From Armatimonadia bacterium (GTDB taxonomy: Bacteria; Armatimonadota; Zipacnadia; Zipacnadales; JABUFB01): 64,000 nucleotides of DNA. The stretch is taken from contig JBDKVB010000017.1 of NCBI GenBank assembly GCA_039679385.1, positions 5,399-69,398 of the forward strand. Reading direction: 5' to 3'. Of the stretch, positions 28,240 to 38,100 are shown in pieces (position 1 is the stretch's first letter; the number at the start of each line of letters is the position of its first letter). Position numbers and translations under genes: made by a program. Under the pieces are notes generated by a model. That model worked only from the letters and a program-made list of their open reading frames with translations. It was not told the DNA's origin and did no database searches.

Positions 28240-29274
28240 ATGTCGCAGGAACCGCTTGAGCTCCGGCCGATGACGATCGCGGACATCATCGACGCGACCA
28301 TTCGTCTGTACCGGCACAACTTCGGGCCGCTGCTGGGGATCGCAGCGATCGTGCAGGTGCCGCTGATGGTGCTGCAGGTGGCCGCTTCCTTCTTCATCTT
28401 CCGCCGGGCAATGACGGCACCGGGCGAGGAGATCCCCTGGGACCAATTGGCCGTCGGTGGTGCGGGGTTCCTGGTCGCCTTCTTCATCGCGCTGTTACTC
28501 CTGCCGTTGGGAGAGGCAGCGCTGGCGCTGGCCATCTCGGACCGCTACCTAGGCTACCCCATCACCGTCTCGGGAGCCTACCAGGCCGCCCTCAAGCACT
28601 GGGGAGCAGTCCTGTGGACCTCGCTGGTCGTGGGCCTTTGGGTGTACCTCTGCTTCGCTATCGGACTGGTGCTGCTCATCCTCCCCGGCCTGGTCGTGCT
28701 CGTGTGGCTGTATATCCGCTACATGTTCGCCCCCTCCATTGTGGTTGTGCTCGAAGGTCGCCGGGGCCTTGATGCCATGCGGCGCAGTTGGGACCTCACC
28801 TCGGGGTACTTCTGGCCGGTCCTGGGGACCATGACCATCCTGGTGCTCATGATCAGCGTCGGCAGTCAGGGCATCACCTGGCCGCTGCAGATGGTGCTCA
28901 TGGTGGTCACCGGCCATCCCGAGAAGTTCGCGATGGCCCAGGTCATCACCCAGGCGGTGGCGGCTACTCTGGCAGTTATCCTGCGTCCGGTGATGATGCT
29001 GGGGCAGGTGCTTCTGTACTACGATCTGCGCATCCGCAAGGAGGGCTTCGACCTGATGAGGATGGCTGAGGCCCTCGGCAGGCCGTCGCCCGTAGTGCCT
29101 GCGCCGACCGTGGAGCAGCCCCTGTGGCCGACCCAGGGCCTGCCGCAAACGGAGCAGCCCGCAGCCAAGACGCCGAGCACCACCACACTGCAGGAGCCGG
29201 TGAACCCGCTGATGCCGCCGGTGCCGCCACCACCGCCGCTGTTCACGCCGCCACAGGACGAAGGCAAGAAGTAG
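28240..29274 (+). CDS. Polytopic membrane protein of unknown function with a Pro-rich C-terminal tail
   Basis: Six or more hydrophobic segments. C-terminus PLMPPVPPPPPLFTPPQDEGKK. Confidence 0.65.
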   Translation: MSQEPLELRPMTIADIIDATIRLYRHNFGPLLGIAAIVQVPLMVLQVAASFFIFRRAMTAPGEEIPWDQLAVGGAGFLVAFFIALLLLPLGEAALALAISDRYLGYPITVSGAYQAALKHWGAVLWTSLVVGLWVYLCFAIGLVLLILPGLVVLVWLYIRYMFAPSIVVVLEGRRGLDAMRRSWDLTSGYFWPVLGTMTILVLMISVGSQGITWPLQMVLMVVTGHPEKFAMAQVITQAVAATLAVILRPVMMLGQVLLYYDLRIRKEGFDLMRMAEALGRPSPVVPAPTVEQPLWPTQGLPQTEQPAAKTPSTTTLQEPVNPLMPPVPPPPPLFTPPQDEGKK

Positions 29275-29357
29275 GCGGACCGCGTCGCAAGATCAGCAAA
29301 CCACGGCGACCGCTGCCCGCAAGAGCGCTCGTCTCCACCACAGAACGGAGTTGTCGC

Positions 29358-29792
29358 ATGTCCAACGTCCGCCCCGGCGTCATCTACACCGACGGAGCCT
29401 GTCTCAAGAACCCCGGGCCTGCCGGAGCAGGCTTTGTCATCTACGATCAGAAGGGCACCCCGCTTACCGAGGGGTCGATCCCCCTCGGGCAGGGAACGAA
29501 TAACATCGCCGAGTACAGTGCCGTGATCGCGGCCCTGGAAGCGGCTCACTCGCTGAGCCTCACACACCTGGTCATCCGCTCCGACAGCGAGTTGCTGGTC
29601 AAGCAGATGAACGGACAGTACCGGGTCAAGGACGCTCAGCTACGCCGCCTGCACCTACAGGTGCGGGAGCTGATGCCGCGGTTTGGGAAGGTGGTCTTCG
29701 AGCACATCCGCCGGATGCACAACGAGCGGGCCGATGAGCTGGCCGGCGAGGCCGCCAAGGTGTCCGCCAAGACGAAAGCCGGCGTCTCCTAG
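29358..29792 (+). CDS. rnhA: Ribonuclease HI
   Basis: DEDD catalytic residues in the canonical context (YTDGAC, AEYSAVIAALE, IRSDSELLV, HNERADELA). Start trimmed to the ATG at 29358 (GGAG 7 nt upstream). Confidence 0.85.
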   Translation: MSNVRPGVIYTDGACLKNPGPAGAGFVIYDQKGTPLTEGSIPLGQGTNNIAEYSAVIAALEAAHSLSLTHLVIRSDSELLVKQMNGQYRVKDAQLRRLHLQVRELMPRFGKVVFEHIRRMHNERADELAGEAAKVSAKTKAGVS

Positions 29793-29828
29793 GGCAAACC
29801 CCGGTCCATCACTGCAGGGAGCCGGATC

Positions 29829-30320
29829 ATGTCTCGTCTGCCAAGCCTTCCGGAATCCGCCGACTGGGTCCTTGACGGGCAACTGGCCGCCATGCCCCTG
29901 CCCTCCCGGGAGGAGCTGCAGGAGCTTCAGCGAGCGGGCTTCGGCCTGGTGGTGAACCTGACGGAGAAGCCCGGGCCGACCGCGATGGCCGCCGCTGCGG
30001 GCCTCAAGGGCGCTCACATCCCCTTCGAGGACCTCTCCGCACCGACCCTGGAGCAGATGCAGGACTTCGTGGCTACGGTGACGCGCTACCTGGACCTGGG
30101 TCGGCCGGTGATGGTTCACTGCATGGGCGGTCGTGGGCGAACGGGGACGATGATCGCCGCCTACTTGGTCCACCGGGGCATGAAGCCCTGGGCCGCCATT
30201 GACGAGGTGCGGCGGCGACGCCGAGGCGCCATCGAGACCCAGGAGCAAGAGTCTGCGGTGGTCGCCTACGCCCGGCATCTGCGGCGGGAGTCCGAGCGGA
30301 GCTGGCCGACGACCCCGTGA
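29829..30320 (+). CDS. Dual-specificity / Tyr protein phosphatase (CX5R P-loop)
   Basis: VHCMGGRGRTG matches the HCxxGxxRS/T active-site signature. Confidence 0.75.
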   Translation: MSRLPSLPESADWVLDGQLAAMPLPSREELQELQRAGFGLVVNLTEKPGPTAMAAAAGLKGAHIPFEDLSAPTLEQMQDFVATVTRYLDLGRPVMVHCMGGRGRTGTMIAAYLVHRGMKPWAAIDEVRRRRRGAIETQEQESAVVAYARHLRRESERSWPTTP

Positions 30321-30342
30321 GAAGCGCAAGCGGAGACAGCGC

Positions 30343-31263
30343 ATGACGCAAGTGACGCAGGCACTCACACCGGCGGCGGTGGCGAAGCTCACCACCATGC
30401 AACTGCGAGCCCGGGCGATCGTGGAAGGCCATTTCTCCGGCCAACATCGCAGCCCGTACCGTGGCGCCAGTGTGGAGTTTGCCGACCACCGCGAGTACAC
30501 CCCCGGCGACGAGACCCGGCACATCGACTGGAAGGTCTACGGTCGCCGCGACCGGTTCTTCGTGAAGGAGTACGACGCGGAGACCAACCTCAACGTGCAC
30601 CTGATGGTGGATGTCAGCGGCTCGATGAACTACGGTGCGCCGGTGCGCAAGCTGGAGTATGCCGCTTATCTGGCGGCCGGTCTGGCCTACCTCGCCACCC
30701 ATCAGCGCGATGCCACCGGGCTGCTGCTCTTCGACCACCGACTGCGACTGCAGCTACCTCCCCACACCAAGCCGGCCCACCTGCAGCGGATCTTCGACAC
30801 CCTCGATGCCGCCTGTCGAGGTGCGCTTCCACCCTCCGACGACGACCTCTCGCGCGAGACTGACCTGACGGCGGCGCTGGAGGCTGCGACGCCGACCATC
30901 ACCCGCCGCGGCCTGGTGGTGGTGATCTCCGATCTACTGGATGATCTCGACCGCGTACTGCGAGCCCTGGCCTATCTGCGACACCGCGGGCATGACGTGA
31001 TGGTGCTGCAGGTGATGGATGCCGAGGAGTTGGAGTTCCGCTTCCGTGGCCCGGCGCTGTTCGAGGATCTGGAGACCGGGCAACGTCTGGCGGCCCAGCC
31101 CGAGCAGCTTCGGCGCGACTATCTGAGGGCGCTGCACGAGTTCCTCGCCCAGGTTCGCGACGGCTGCCGCAAGCTCGCAATCGATCAGGAACTCCTCGAC
31201 ACGAGCCGCCCCTTCGACCAGGCGCTGACAGCGTACCTGGGGAGACGAAGCAGGGCCCGGTGA
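30343..31263 (+). CDS. DUF58 domain protein (vWA-like, normally a MoxR-ATPase partner)
   Basis: HRSPYRGASVEFADHREYTPGDETRHIDWKVYGRRDRFFVKEY...VDVSGSM signature of DUF58. Start trimmed to 30343. Confidence 0.8.
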   Translation: MTQVTQALTPAAVAKLTTMQLRARAIVEGHFSGQHRSPYRGASVEFADHREYTPGDETRHIDWKVYGRRDRFFVKEYDAETNLNVHLMVDVSGSMNYGAPVRKLEYAAYLAAGLAYLATHQRDATGLLLFDHRLRLQLPPHTKPAHLQRIFDTLDAACRGALPPSDDDLSRETDLTAALEAATPTITRRGLVVVISDLLDDLDRVLRALAYLRHRGHDVMVLQVMDAEELEFRFRGPALFEDLETGQRLAAQPEQLRRDYLRALHEFLAQVRDGCRKLAIDQELLDTSRPFDQALTAYLGRRSRAR

Positions 31264-31312
31264 AGCACCGAGCCCTGCCGAAGAGCGTGCGAGATTGCGA
31301 GGTCGAGGAGAC

Positions 31313-32668
31313 TCAGAAGGCCGTCGCGCTGCTGAAGTTGAAGCCCTCGATTCGCAGCGGCGGCACCCAGGCGTAGTCGAAGGCGACACCCTCGCTGCCG
31401 ATCATGTCCACGTGGCTGAGGGCTTCGAGGATGCTCTGGGTGAACCGCATGTTCTTGAGCCCGCCCACGATCTGACCGTTCTCGATCAGGAAGGTGCCGT
31501 CGCGGGTCATGCCGGTGAGGACGGTGCGCGCCGGATGGACCATGTTCGTGTAGTGGAAGCGAGTCACCAGCACCCCGCGTTCGGTCTCCGCGATCATCTG
31601 CTCCAGGCTGTAGTCGCCCGGCTTCAGGAACACGTTCATCGGAACCGGTCCCCAGGTGTTCGGCGCCGGCAGGGCATGGCCGGTGTTCACAGCCCCTTCC
31701 TCGCGGCCAGCGGTGAAGGAGTCGTAGGTGACAGCCTTGAGGACCCCGTTCTCAATCAGGGTCACCGGCTTTCGGACAACGCCCTCGAAGTCATAGGGGT
31801 GGCGATGGGTGCGCGGATCGCAGCCGTCATCCCACAGTGTTATGTTGTCGCCGCAGACCTTCTCGCCCAAATGGCCCGAGGTGAAGGACCGGCCCTCCTG
31901 GTGAGCCAAAGCGTTCATATCGTATACCGTCAGTGTGGAGACCATGTCCTCCACTGCGAGGGGCTCGAGGATGACCGTGTAGGCACCAGGCTCGAGCTCT
32001 TTGGGGCCGGCGGAGGTCACGGCCTTGCTGGCCGCTGTCGACCCGACCTCCCTGGCTAACAGACTCTGCACATCGTCTGATACGGCCTCGGCGAAGCCGG
32101 TCGAGTCGGCGCCCTGCATGACCACTCGCATCCGGGCGTTGCTGACGGCCCAGTAGGCCTCGATACCGAGGGAGTTGGCGATCAGGAAGGCGTCGTCGCT
32201 CGTCGCCACTTGGCCTGCCGCAGACAGCGACTGGCCCCGGGCGATGTCGATCATCTCGCGCACGGACTCGGCACGCTGCTCTGGTCCGCAGTTCACGGTG
32301 GCGGGCACGGGCGAGACTTCACAGCCCGCAGCTCCTGCGGGAGAGGGCAGCGAGACGAACTCCTCGTTCGGCTGTGCATGTCGGGCGAGTTCGTAGGCTC
32401 GGGCCGCCAGGTCTTTGAGCGCCTCCGGTGAGGGGTCGTTGCCCCAGGCGACACCGATCTTCTTGCCGATCACCGCTCGCACCGAGCAGTCTACGGAAGC
32501 CTCGTGCACGTTCTGATGGATGGCGTTGTTGGCGAAGCGCGTGAGGCCGCCACGAGCGTTGAAGACGATCACTTCGGTCTGGTCGGCACGGGAAGCCTCC
32601 AGGATCGTCTGGGCCATGCGCAACATTTCCTCGCGACCGGGTCCGGCCGCAGCAGGCTGGCTACTCAT
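31313..32668 (-). CDS. pmbA: PmbA/TldE-family metallopeptidase
   Basis: TldD/PmbA fold. Start at 32668, 8 nt after GAAGGAGG and 2 nt downstream of the tldD stop. Confidence 0.8.
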   Translation of the reverse strand: MSSQPAAAGPGREEMLRMAQTILEASRADQTEVIVFNARGGLTRFANNAIHQNVHEASVDCSVRAVIGKKIGVAWGNDPSPEALKDLAARAYELARHAQPNEEFVSLPSPAGAAGCEVSPVPATVNCGPEQRAESVREMIDIARGQSLSAAGQVATSDDAFLIANSLGIEAYWAVSNARMRVVMQGADSTGFAEAVSDDVQSLLAREVGSTAASKAVTSAGPKELEPGAYTVILEPLAVEDMVSTLTVYDMNALAHQEGRSFTSGHLGEKVCGDNITLWDDGCDPRTHRHPYDFEGVVRKPVTLIENGVLKAVTYDSFTAGREEGAVNTGHALPAPNTWGPVPMNVFLKPGDYSLEQMIAETERGVLVTRFHYTNMVHPARTVLTGMTRDGTFLIENGQIVGGLKNMRFTQSILEALSHVDMIGSEGVAFDYAWVPPLRIEGFNFSSATAF

Positions 32669-34145
32669 TCCCCTCGCCTCCTTCACCGGACTCTTGCATG
32701 ACCCCGCAGCGAACCTTGCGGAACCGTGCCGGTGCGACGCCATGCCCGACGTGAGCGCTCTGGCCCGGCTCGCCCTTGCCGCAGTTGGGGACGCCCCAGA
32801 TGACCCATTCGCCCTTGCCGCGACCGGAGACAGCGTCGCAGGAGCCCCAGAACTCCGGCGTGATTCCTTGGTAGGTGGCGTTGCGGTACATCTGCCCCAG
32901 GTCGCCGTCGGTGATCTCGTAGGCGGCCTCGGTGCCGAACTGGAAGTTGAGGCGCTTGTCGTCGATGCTCCAGGAGGTGTTCGTGCACAGCAAGAACCCG
33001 TGGCGAGTGTCGCCGATGATCTCGTCGAGGGTCCACTCGCCGGGCTCGAGGTTCACGTTGGTCATGCGGATGATCGGGGTGCGTGCCCAGCCGTCGGCTC
33101 GCATCGCGCCCTGACTGACGCGACCGATGACCGGGGCCGTCTCGCGAGAGGTCAGATAGCCGCAGAAGATGCCCTGCTCGACGATCTGCGTGCGCTGCCC
33201 GGGAACGCCCTCGTCGTCGTAGGCGAAGCTCCCCAGGCCACCGGGCAGAGTCGCATCGGCGTTGATGCTCACCGCCTCCGACCCGTAGCGGAAGTTGCCC
33301 AGTTTCTCGGGCGTGAGGAAGCTCGTCCCGGCGTAGCTGGCCTCGGAGCCCAGTACACGGTCGAGCTCAATCGGGTGACCGCAGGACTCATGAAGCTGGA
33401 GGGCAAGCTGCGAGCCTTCGAGGATGAGGTCGAAGTTGCCCGCGGGGAAGTGCGGGGCCTTGAGGAGCGCGTCCGCCTCTTTGGCGATGCGCTCGGCCTC
33501 GGAGGGCAGGTCAAGTTCCTCGACCAGCTCCCAGCCGCGGGTTCCCATCTGGCCGCCGTGAGAGTTGGGGAAGGTGCGACGCTGAGTCTCGTGGCCGTCG
33601 GTCGCGGTGGCCTCGATCCCTGCGCCGGTCTCGATGCGGTCCTGGTGGATCTCGGCGCCCTCGGTGCTGGCGAAGAACTTCTCGATCCGCAGGGCCCTGA
33701 TGAAGCCCTGGCGCAGGCGCACCTCGGCAGCCTGCTCCATCAGCTTGTCGCACTCCAGCAGTAGGCCGATGCGCTCGTCGAGGGGTACGTCGAAGGGGTC
33801 CTTGCGTGCGGTATGGGCGACGCGGTCGGTGGCGGGCTCCAGCTCGGAAAGCACCACCGGCTTCTGGGCGGTCGTCGCACTGGACTTTGCGATGCGCACC
33901 GCCAACTGCGCCGTCTCGCGCAAGGCTTCTGGTGTCAGCACGGAGGTTGCGGCGAAGCCCCAGGCGCCGTCGGCAATCACACGGACGCCGATGCCCCGAC
34001 TCTGGGAGGACGCCAGTCCCTCTACCGTGCCGTTCTTGGTCTCGACCTGCTCCGCGCGGCTACTAACATAGCGGGCATCTGCATAGGAGGCACCCGCTGC
34101 CGTTGCCGCCTCCAGCGCCAGTCTGCACAGGTCTTCCATCGGCAA
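32661..34145 (-). CDS. tldD: TldD-family metallopeptidase
   Basis: HESCGH zinc-binding motif; about 490 aa; adjacent paralogue. Confidence 0.85.
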   Translation of the reverse strand: MPMEDLCRLALEAATAAGASYADARYVSSRAEQVETKNGTVEGLASSQSRGIGVRVIADGAWGFAATSVLTPEALRETAQLAVRIAKSSATTAQKPVVLSELEPATDRVAHTARKDPFDVPLDERIGLLLECDKLMEQAAEVRLRQGFIRALRIEKFFASTEGAEIHQDRIETGAGIEATATDGHETQRRTFPNSHGGQMGTRGWELVEELDLPSEAERIAKEADALLKAPHFPAGNFDLILEGSQLALQLHESCGHPIELDRVLGSEASYAGTSFLTPEKLGNFRYGSEAVSINADATLPGGLGSFAYDDEGVPGQRTQIVEQGIFCGYLTSRETAPVIGRVSQGAMRADGWARTPIIRMTNVNLEPGEWTLDEIIGDTRHGFLLCTNTSWSIDDKRLNFQFGTEAAYEITDGDLGQMYRNATYQGITPEFWGSCDAVSGRGKGEWVIWGVPNCGKGEPGQSAHVGHGVAPARFRKVRCGVMQESGEGGEGNE

Positions 34146-34226
34146 TCACCTGCCCTGAAGGGTGTACCGGGCAAGTCGCCGGAGCGATACCGGCGGCCGC
34201 CCTCGGTGAGATGGAAACCGTCTCGT

Positions 34227-35108
34227 CTAGTCGCCGTTCTCGAACATCGCGTCGGCGTACTCATCGGAGGAGAACAGCCGCAGGCCGTCGAGCTTCTCCC
34301 CCATCCCCAGGAGCTTGACGGGAATGCCGAACTCCTTCACCAGGCTCAGCACGATGCCGCCCTTGGCCGTGCCGTCGAGCTTCGTGACCATGAGGCCCGT
34401 CACGCCGACCATCTCATGGAACTGCTTGACCTGACTGATGGCGTTCTGCCCGGTGGTCCCGTCGATCACCAACAGCTTCTCATCGGCAGGCCGGCCGAGC
34501 TCGCGCTCGATGACGCGGTCGATCTTGGCCAGCTCCTCCATGAGATTGTGCTTGGTGTGGAGCCGACCGGCCGTGTCGATCACCAGCAAGTTCGCCCCAC
34601 GGGTCTTCGCCGCCTGCAGCGCGTCGTAGACCACGGCGCTGGGGTCGGAGCCCTGCTGCTGACGGATGACCTCGCAGTTGACCCGGCGTCCCCACTCCTC
34701 CAACTGTTCCGCGGCGGCGGCCCGGAAGGTGTCCCCGGCAACGATGAGGACCTTGTAGCCGGCCTGGTGGTACCAGTTCGCGATCTTGGCGATGCTGGTG
34801 GTCTTCCCGACGCCGTTGACGCCCAGGATGAGGAAGGTCGTCGGCGCGGTCGGCCCGGTGTTGAGTTGCTTCTCGGCAGGCTTGAGGATAGCCTTGACCT
34901 CGCCGCGCAGCAGCGCGAAGAGGCCCTCGGGATCGGTGATGTGCTGCTTCTCGGCCCGCTCGCGCAGGTGCTGGACGATCTCCAGCGCCAGGTTCACGTT
35001 CACGTCGGCCTGGATCAGCGCTTCCTCGATCTCATCCATCAGATCGTCATCTACGACCGTCCGCCCACGAATGGCGGCCCCGACTCGCTTGAAGAGCCCT
35101 TTGAGCAA
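34227..35108 (-). CDS. ftsY: Signal recognition particle receptor FtsY (NG domain only, short form)
   Basis: GVNGVGKTT P-loop; DTAGR; TKLDGTAKGG; conserved SRP GTPase motifs. Confidence 0.9.
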   Translation of the reverse strand: MLKGLFKRVGAAIRGRTVVDDDLMDEIEEALIQADVNVNLALEIVQHLRERAEKQHITDPEGLFALLRGEVKAILKPAEKQLNTGPTAPTTFLILGVNGVGKTTSIAKIANWYHQAGYKVLIVAGDTFRAAAAEQLEEWGRRVNCEVIRQQQGSDPSAVVYDALQAAKTRGANLLVIDTAGRLHTKHNLMEELAKIDRVIERELGRPADEKLLVIDGTTGQNAISQVKQFHEMVGVTGLMVTKLDGTAKGGIVLSLVKEFGIPVKLLGMGEKLDGLRLFSSDEYADAMFENGD

Positions 35109-35183
35109 GGAGGTTCGTCCTTTCAGAAGGTATCGCGGTTGGTGCGGGCCGGTGGTAGACCGGCCGACGCTGAGTCCTGCGCC

Positions 35184-38100
35184 CTAGGTGGTGGTGGGTA
35201 GCACACGGCTTCCGGCATGGGGATTATGGACCGCAGCCACCCGGTCCTCGGCCTCCGCCAGGAAGTCCTCCCACTCACGCAGCTCGAGCCGGATCAGCCG
35301 CGATACACCGGCATCTTGCATGGTGATTCCGAACAAGGTATCGGCACACTTGATCGTGGCCGGGTTGTGGGTCACGATGATGAACTGCGACTGCTCGGCG
35401 AAATCGGCCAGGACGTTCACGAAGCGCTCGACATTGGCCTCGTCCAGAGCGGCGTCGATCTCGTCGAGCACCACAAAGGGAGAGGGCCGCACGCGCAGCA
35501 TCGCAAAGAGCAAGGCGGAGGCCGTCAGGGAGCGCTCTCCACCGGACAGCAGCAGCAGGTTCTGCTGCCGCTTGCCGGGCACCTGGACGATGACATCGAC
35601 GCCCGAATCCAGCGGGCTCTCAGGGTTGGTCAGCTTCAGCTCGGTAGTGCCGCCGCCGAAGAGGCGCTCGAACATCCCCTGGAACTCCGTCTGCATGCGC
35701 TCGAAGGCCAGCAGGAATTCCTCGGTCGCCGCGTCGTCGATCTCCTTGATGACCTGCAGCAGATCGGCCTTGGCGGCTTCGAGGTCGGCCAACTGGGCCG
35801 ACAGGAACTCCTCGCGGGCACGCAGGCGGTCGCACTCATCAATGGCGCTGAGGCTCACCGGACCAAGCTTGCGGATGTTCTCGCGCAGCTCGTTGGCCTC
35901 GCGGCGAATCTCCTGCTCGTTGAACTCCTCGTCACGCTCGGCGAAGGCCTCTTCGGGCGTCACATCATAGGTGTCCTTGAGACGCTCGGCGATGGCCTCC
36001 AGTTGCGTGTCCTCGCGGGCCAGTCCCAGTTCCGAGCGATGGAGGCGGTCGGTCTGCTCCTGGGCCACCTGGTTGAGGCGACCGCGCATGGTCTCCAGCT
36101 CCGCCGACTTCTCGCGCAGGTCGGATAGAGCGGCGGCTCGCTCGTTCACGTGAGCCCTTGCAGCACCCGCCGTCTGCTCGAGTTCGTGCAGGTCGACGCC
36201 GGGGCTGTCGAGTTCGCTCTGGAGCTCCTCCTGGGCCTCGTAGGCCGCCTTGAGTTCGGCCTCGGCCTGGGCGATCTCCTGGGTCACGCGCTGCAGCTCG
36301 GAGGTGAAGCGCTGCCGCAGGTGCTGCACCGACCGCTCTTTCTCCGCGAGCTCCGCCGCACGAACCTGGGCATTGACCTGCTGCGCTCGCAGGGCATCGA
36401 CTTCGGCCTGCCCGACTCCCTGGCGCCGCACTTGCTCAATCTGCTCGCCGACAGTCTTCGCCTCGGCGCTGAGCTTCTCACTGTTCTCCTGTGCGGTCTG
36501 ACGGCGCTGTCCTGCCTCGGCCAGTCGCTCGTCGATCCCGTCAGCTTCGGTGGTCAGTTCGGCGCTGGCCTTCTGGGCGGCCCGAAGCTGATCGGCCAAA
36601 TGGTTCGCGTCGGAGTCGGTGGCCGCTCGCTCGGAGCGCAGTCGAGACAACTCGGCCTCGGCCACGCGGATGTCCTCGCTGCAGCGTGTGCAGTGCAGAT
36701 CGAGGTCTTCCTCGCACTTCCACATGTCTTCGAGGGCCGCCCGCATGATATCCAGTTCGCGGGTAACGCTCTCCAACTCGCGACGGCGTGCGAAGGCCTG
36801 GCTACCTGCGCCCTGCTCACCACCGGCGGTGATGACGCCGTTTGCGTCGACGACCTCGCCAGCGAGGGTCACCATGCGCACTCGGACGCCCATGCGCTGT
36901 CGGGCGCTGAGAGCGGTCTCCAGATCGCGCACTACGAGCGTTGACCCTATCAGGTGAGCCAGCAGCGGCTCATGGTCGCGCTGATAGCGCACCAGCTTCA
37001 GCGCCGGGCCGAAACTGCCGGGAACCTGTACCGAGGGGGTCTCCGCAGGCATCCCGGTGAACCCTGTCAGCGGGACGAAGGAGACCTTGCCGACTTCTCG
37101 TCCCCGAAGGTGCAGCGCGCCAGCGGCCGCCTGCTCCTCGCTCTGCGTGAGCACCCACTGCAGGGACTCACCGAAGGCGGCCTCGATCGCGCGCTCAAAC
37201 TTGGCGGGGACGTTGACCACGTCGGCGACGACCCCCAGGACGCCGGTGAGTTCGCCCTCCTCCGCAGCGGTGATGGCGGCCTTGGCACCGTCGCTGAAGC
37301 CCTCATGGGAGCGCTCCAACTCTTCCAGCAACTCCTGCCGGGTCTCGGCGGCGGTCACGGCACCGGAAAACACATTGCACTTCTGGCGATGCTCGGTCAG
37401 GTCACGACTGCTCTGGGCCAGATCCTGGCGCAGGGCCTGGAGGTCTTCCTGCCGGGCTGCATAGGCCTGGCTGAGCTCCTCCCTGCGAGCCTGGGCAGCA
37501 GCCACCCGTTCACCCAGTTCCACCTGCCGCTGAGCCATCGCCTCCGCCTGACGAGACAGGCGCTCCGAGCGCTCCGCAAGGTCCTGCTCCAGGCTACTCA
37601 GGGCCAGGGCCTCGTTCTCGAGAGCCCGGGCCTTCTCCAGGATGGTTGCCTGTGTCCGCTCAAGCTCGCGGACCGTCTGCATCTTCTCCTGGAAGGCGGC
37701 CTGCTTCTCTTTGAGTTCGGCGTCGAGCCGGGCGCGCTCCTGTTGGGCCTTGCCGTGGGCCTCGACGACCTGAGCATACTCGACCGCAACGTTCTCCACC
37801 TGCTCAGACAGCTCGACGGAGCGACGCTTCCGGCCTTCGAGGGCAACCTGAAGGTCCTCCTGACGAGCCGCAGCGGCTCGTACTCGCTCCTGGGCGAGAG
37901 CCTGGGCCTGTCGCGTCTGATCCAACTCGCGCTCGGCGGCCGTGGCAGCATCCCGCAGGTGGTCCACCTCGTCCGCCAGTCGCGCCATCTCGAACTGCAC
38001 GCGCTCGTACTCGCTGTCCACCTTGGAGAGCTGGTTGCGGGTGCCCTGCAAGTCGGCCTTGGTGATCTCCAACTCGTTGGCGAGGCGTCCGACCCGCTGG

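Noticed and set aside
29124-29357. Upstream extension of rnhA (ORF listed from 29124)
   Set aside because: RNase HI homologues begin at the MSNVRPGVIYTDGAC region. A GGAG RBS precedes the ATG at 29358, and the extension overlaps the Pro-rich tail of the preceding membrane-protein gene.
31313-34145. TldD/PmbA pair as a possible RiPP or microcin maturation module
   Set aside because: No small precursor-peptide ORF, cyclodehydratase or ABC exporter nearby. TldD/TldE pairs are common housekeeping peptidases, so this is treated as ordinary.
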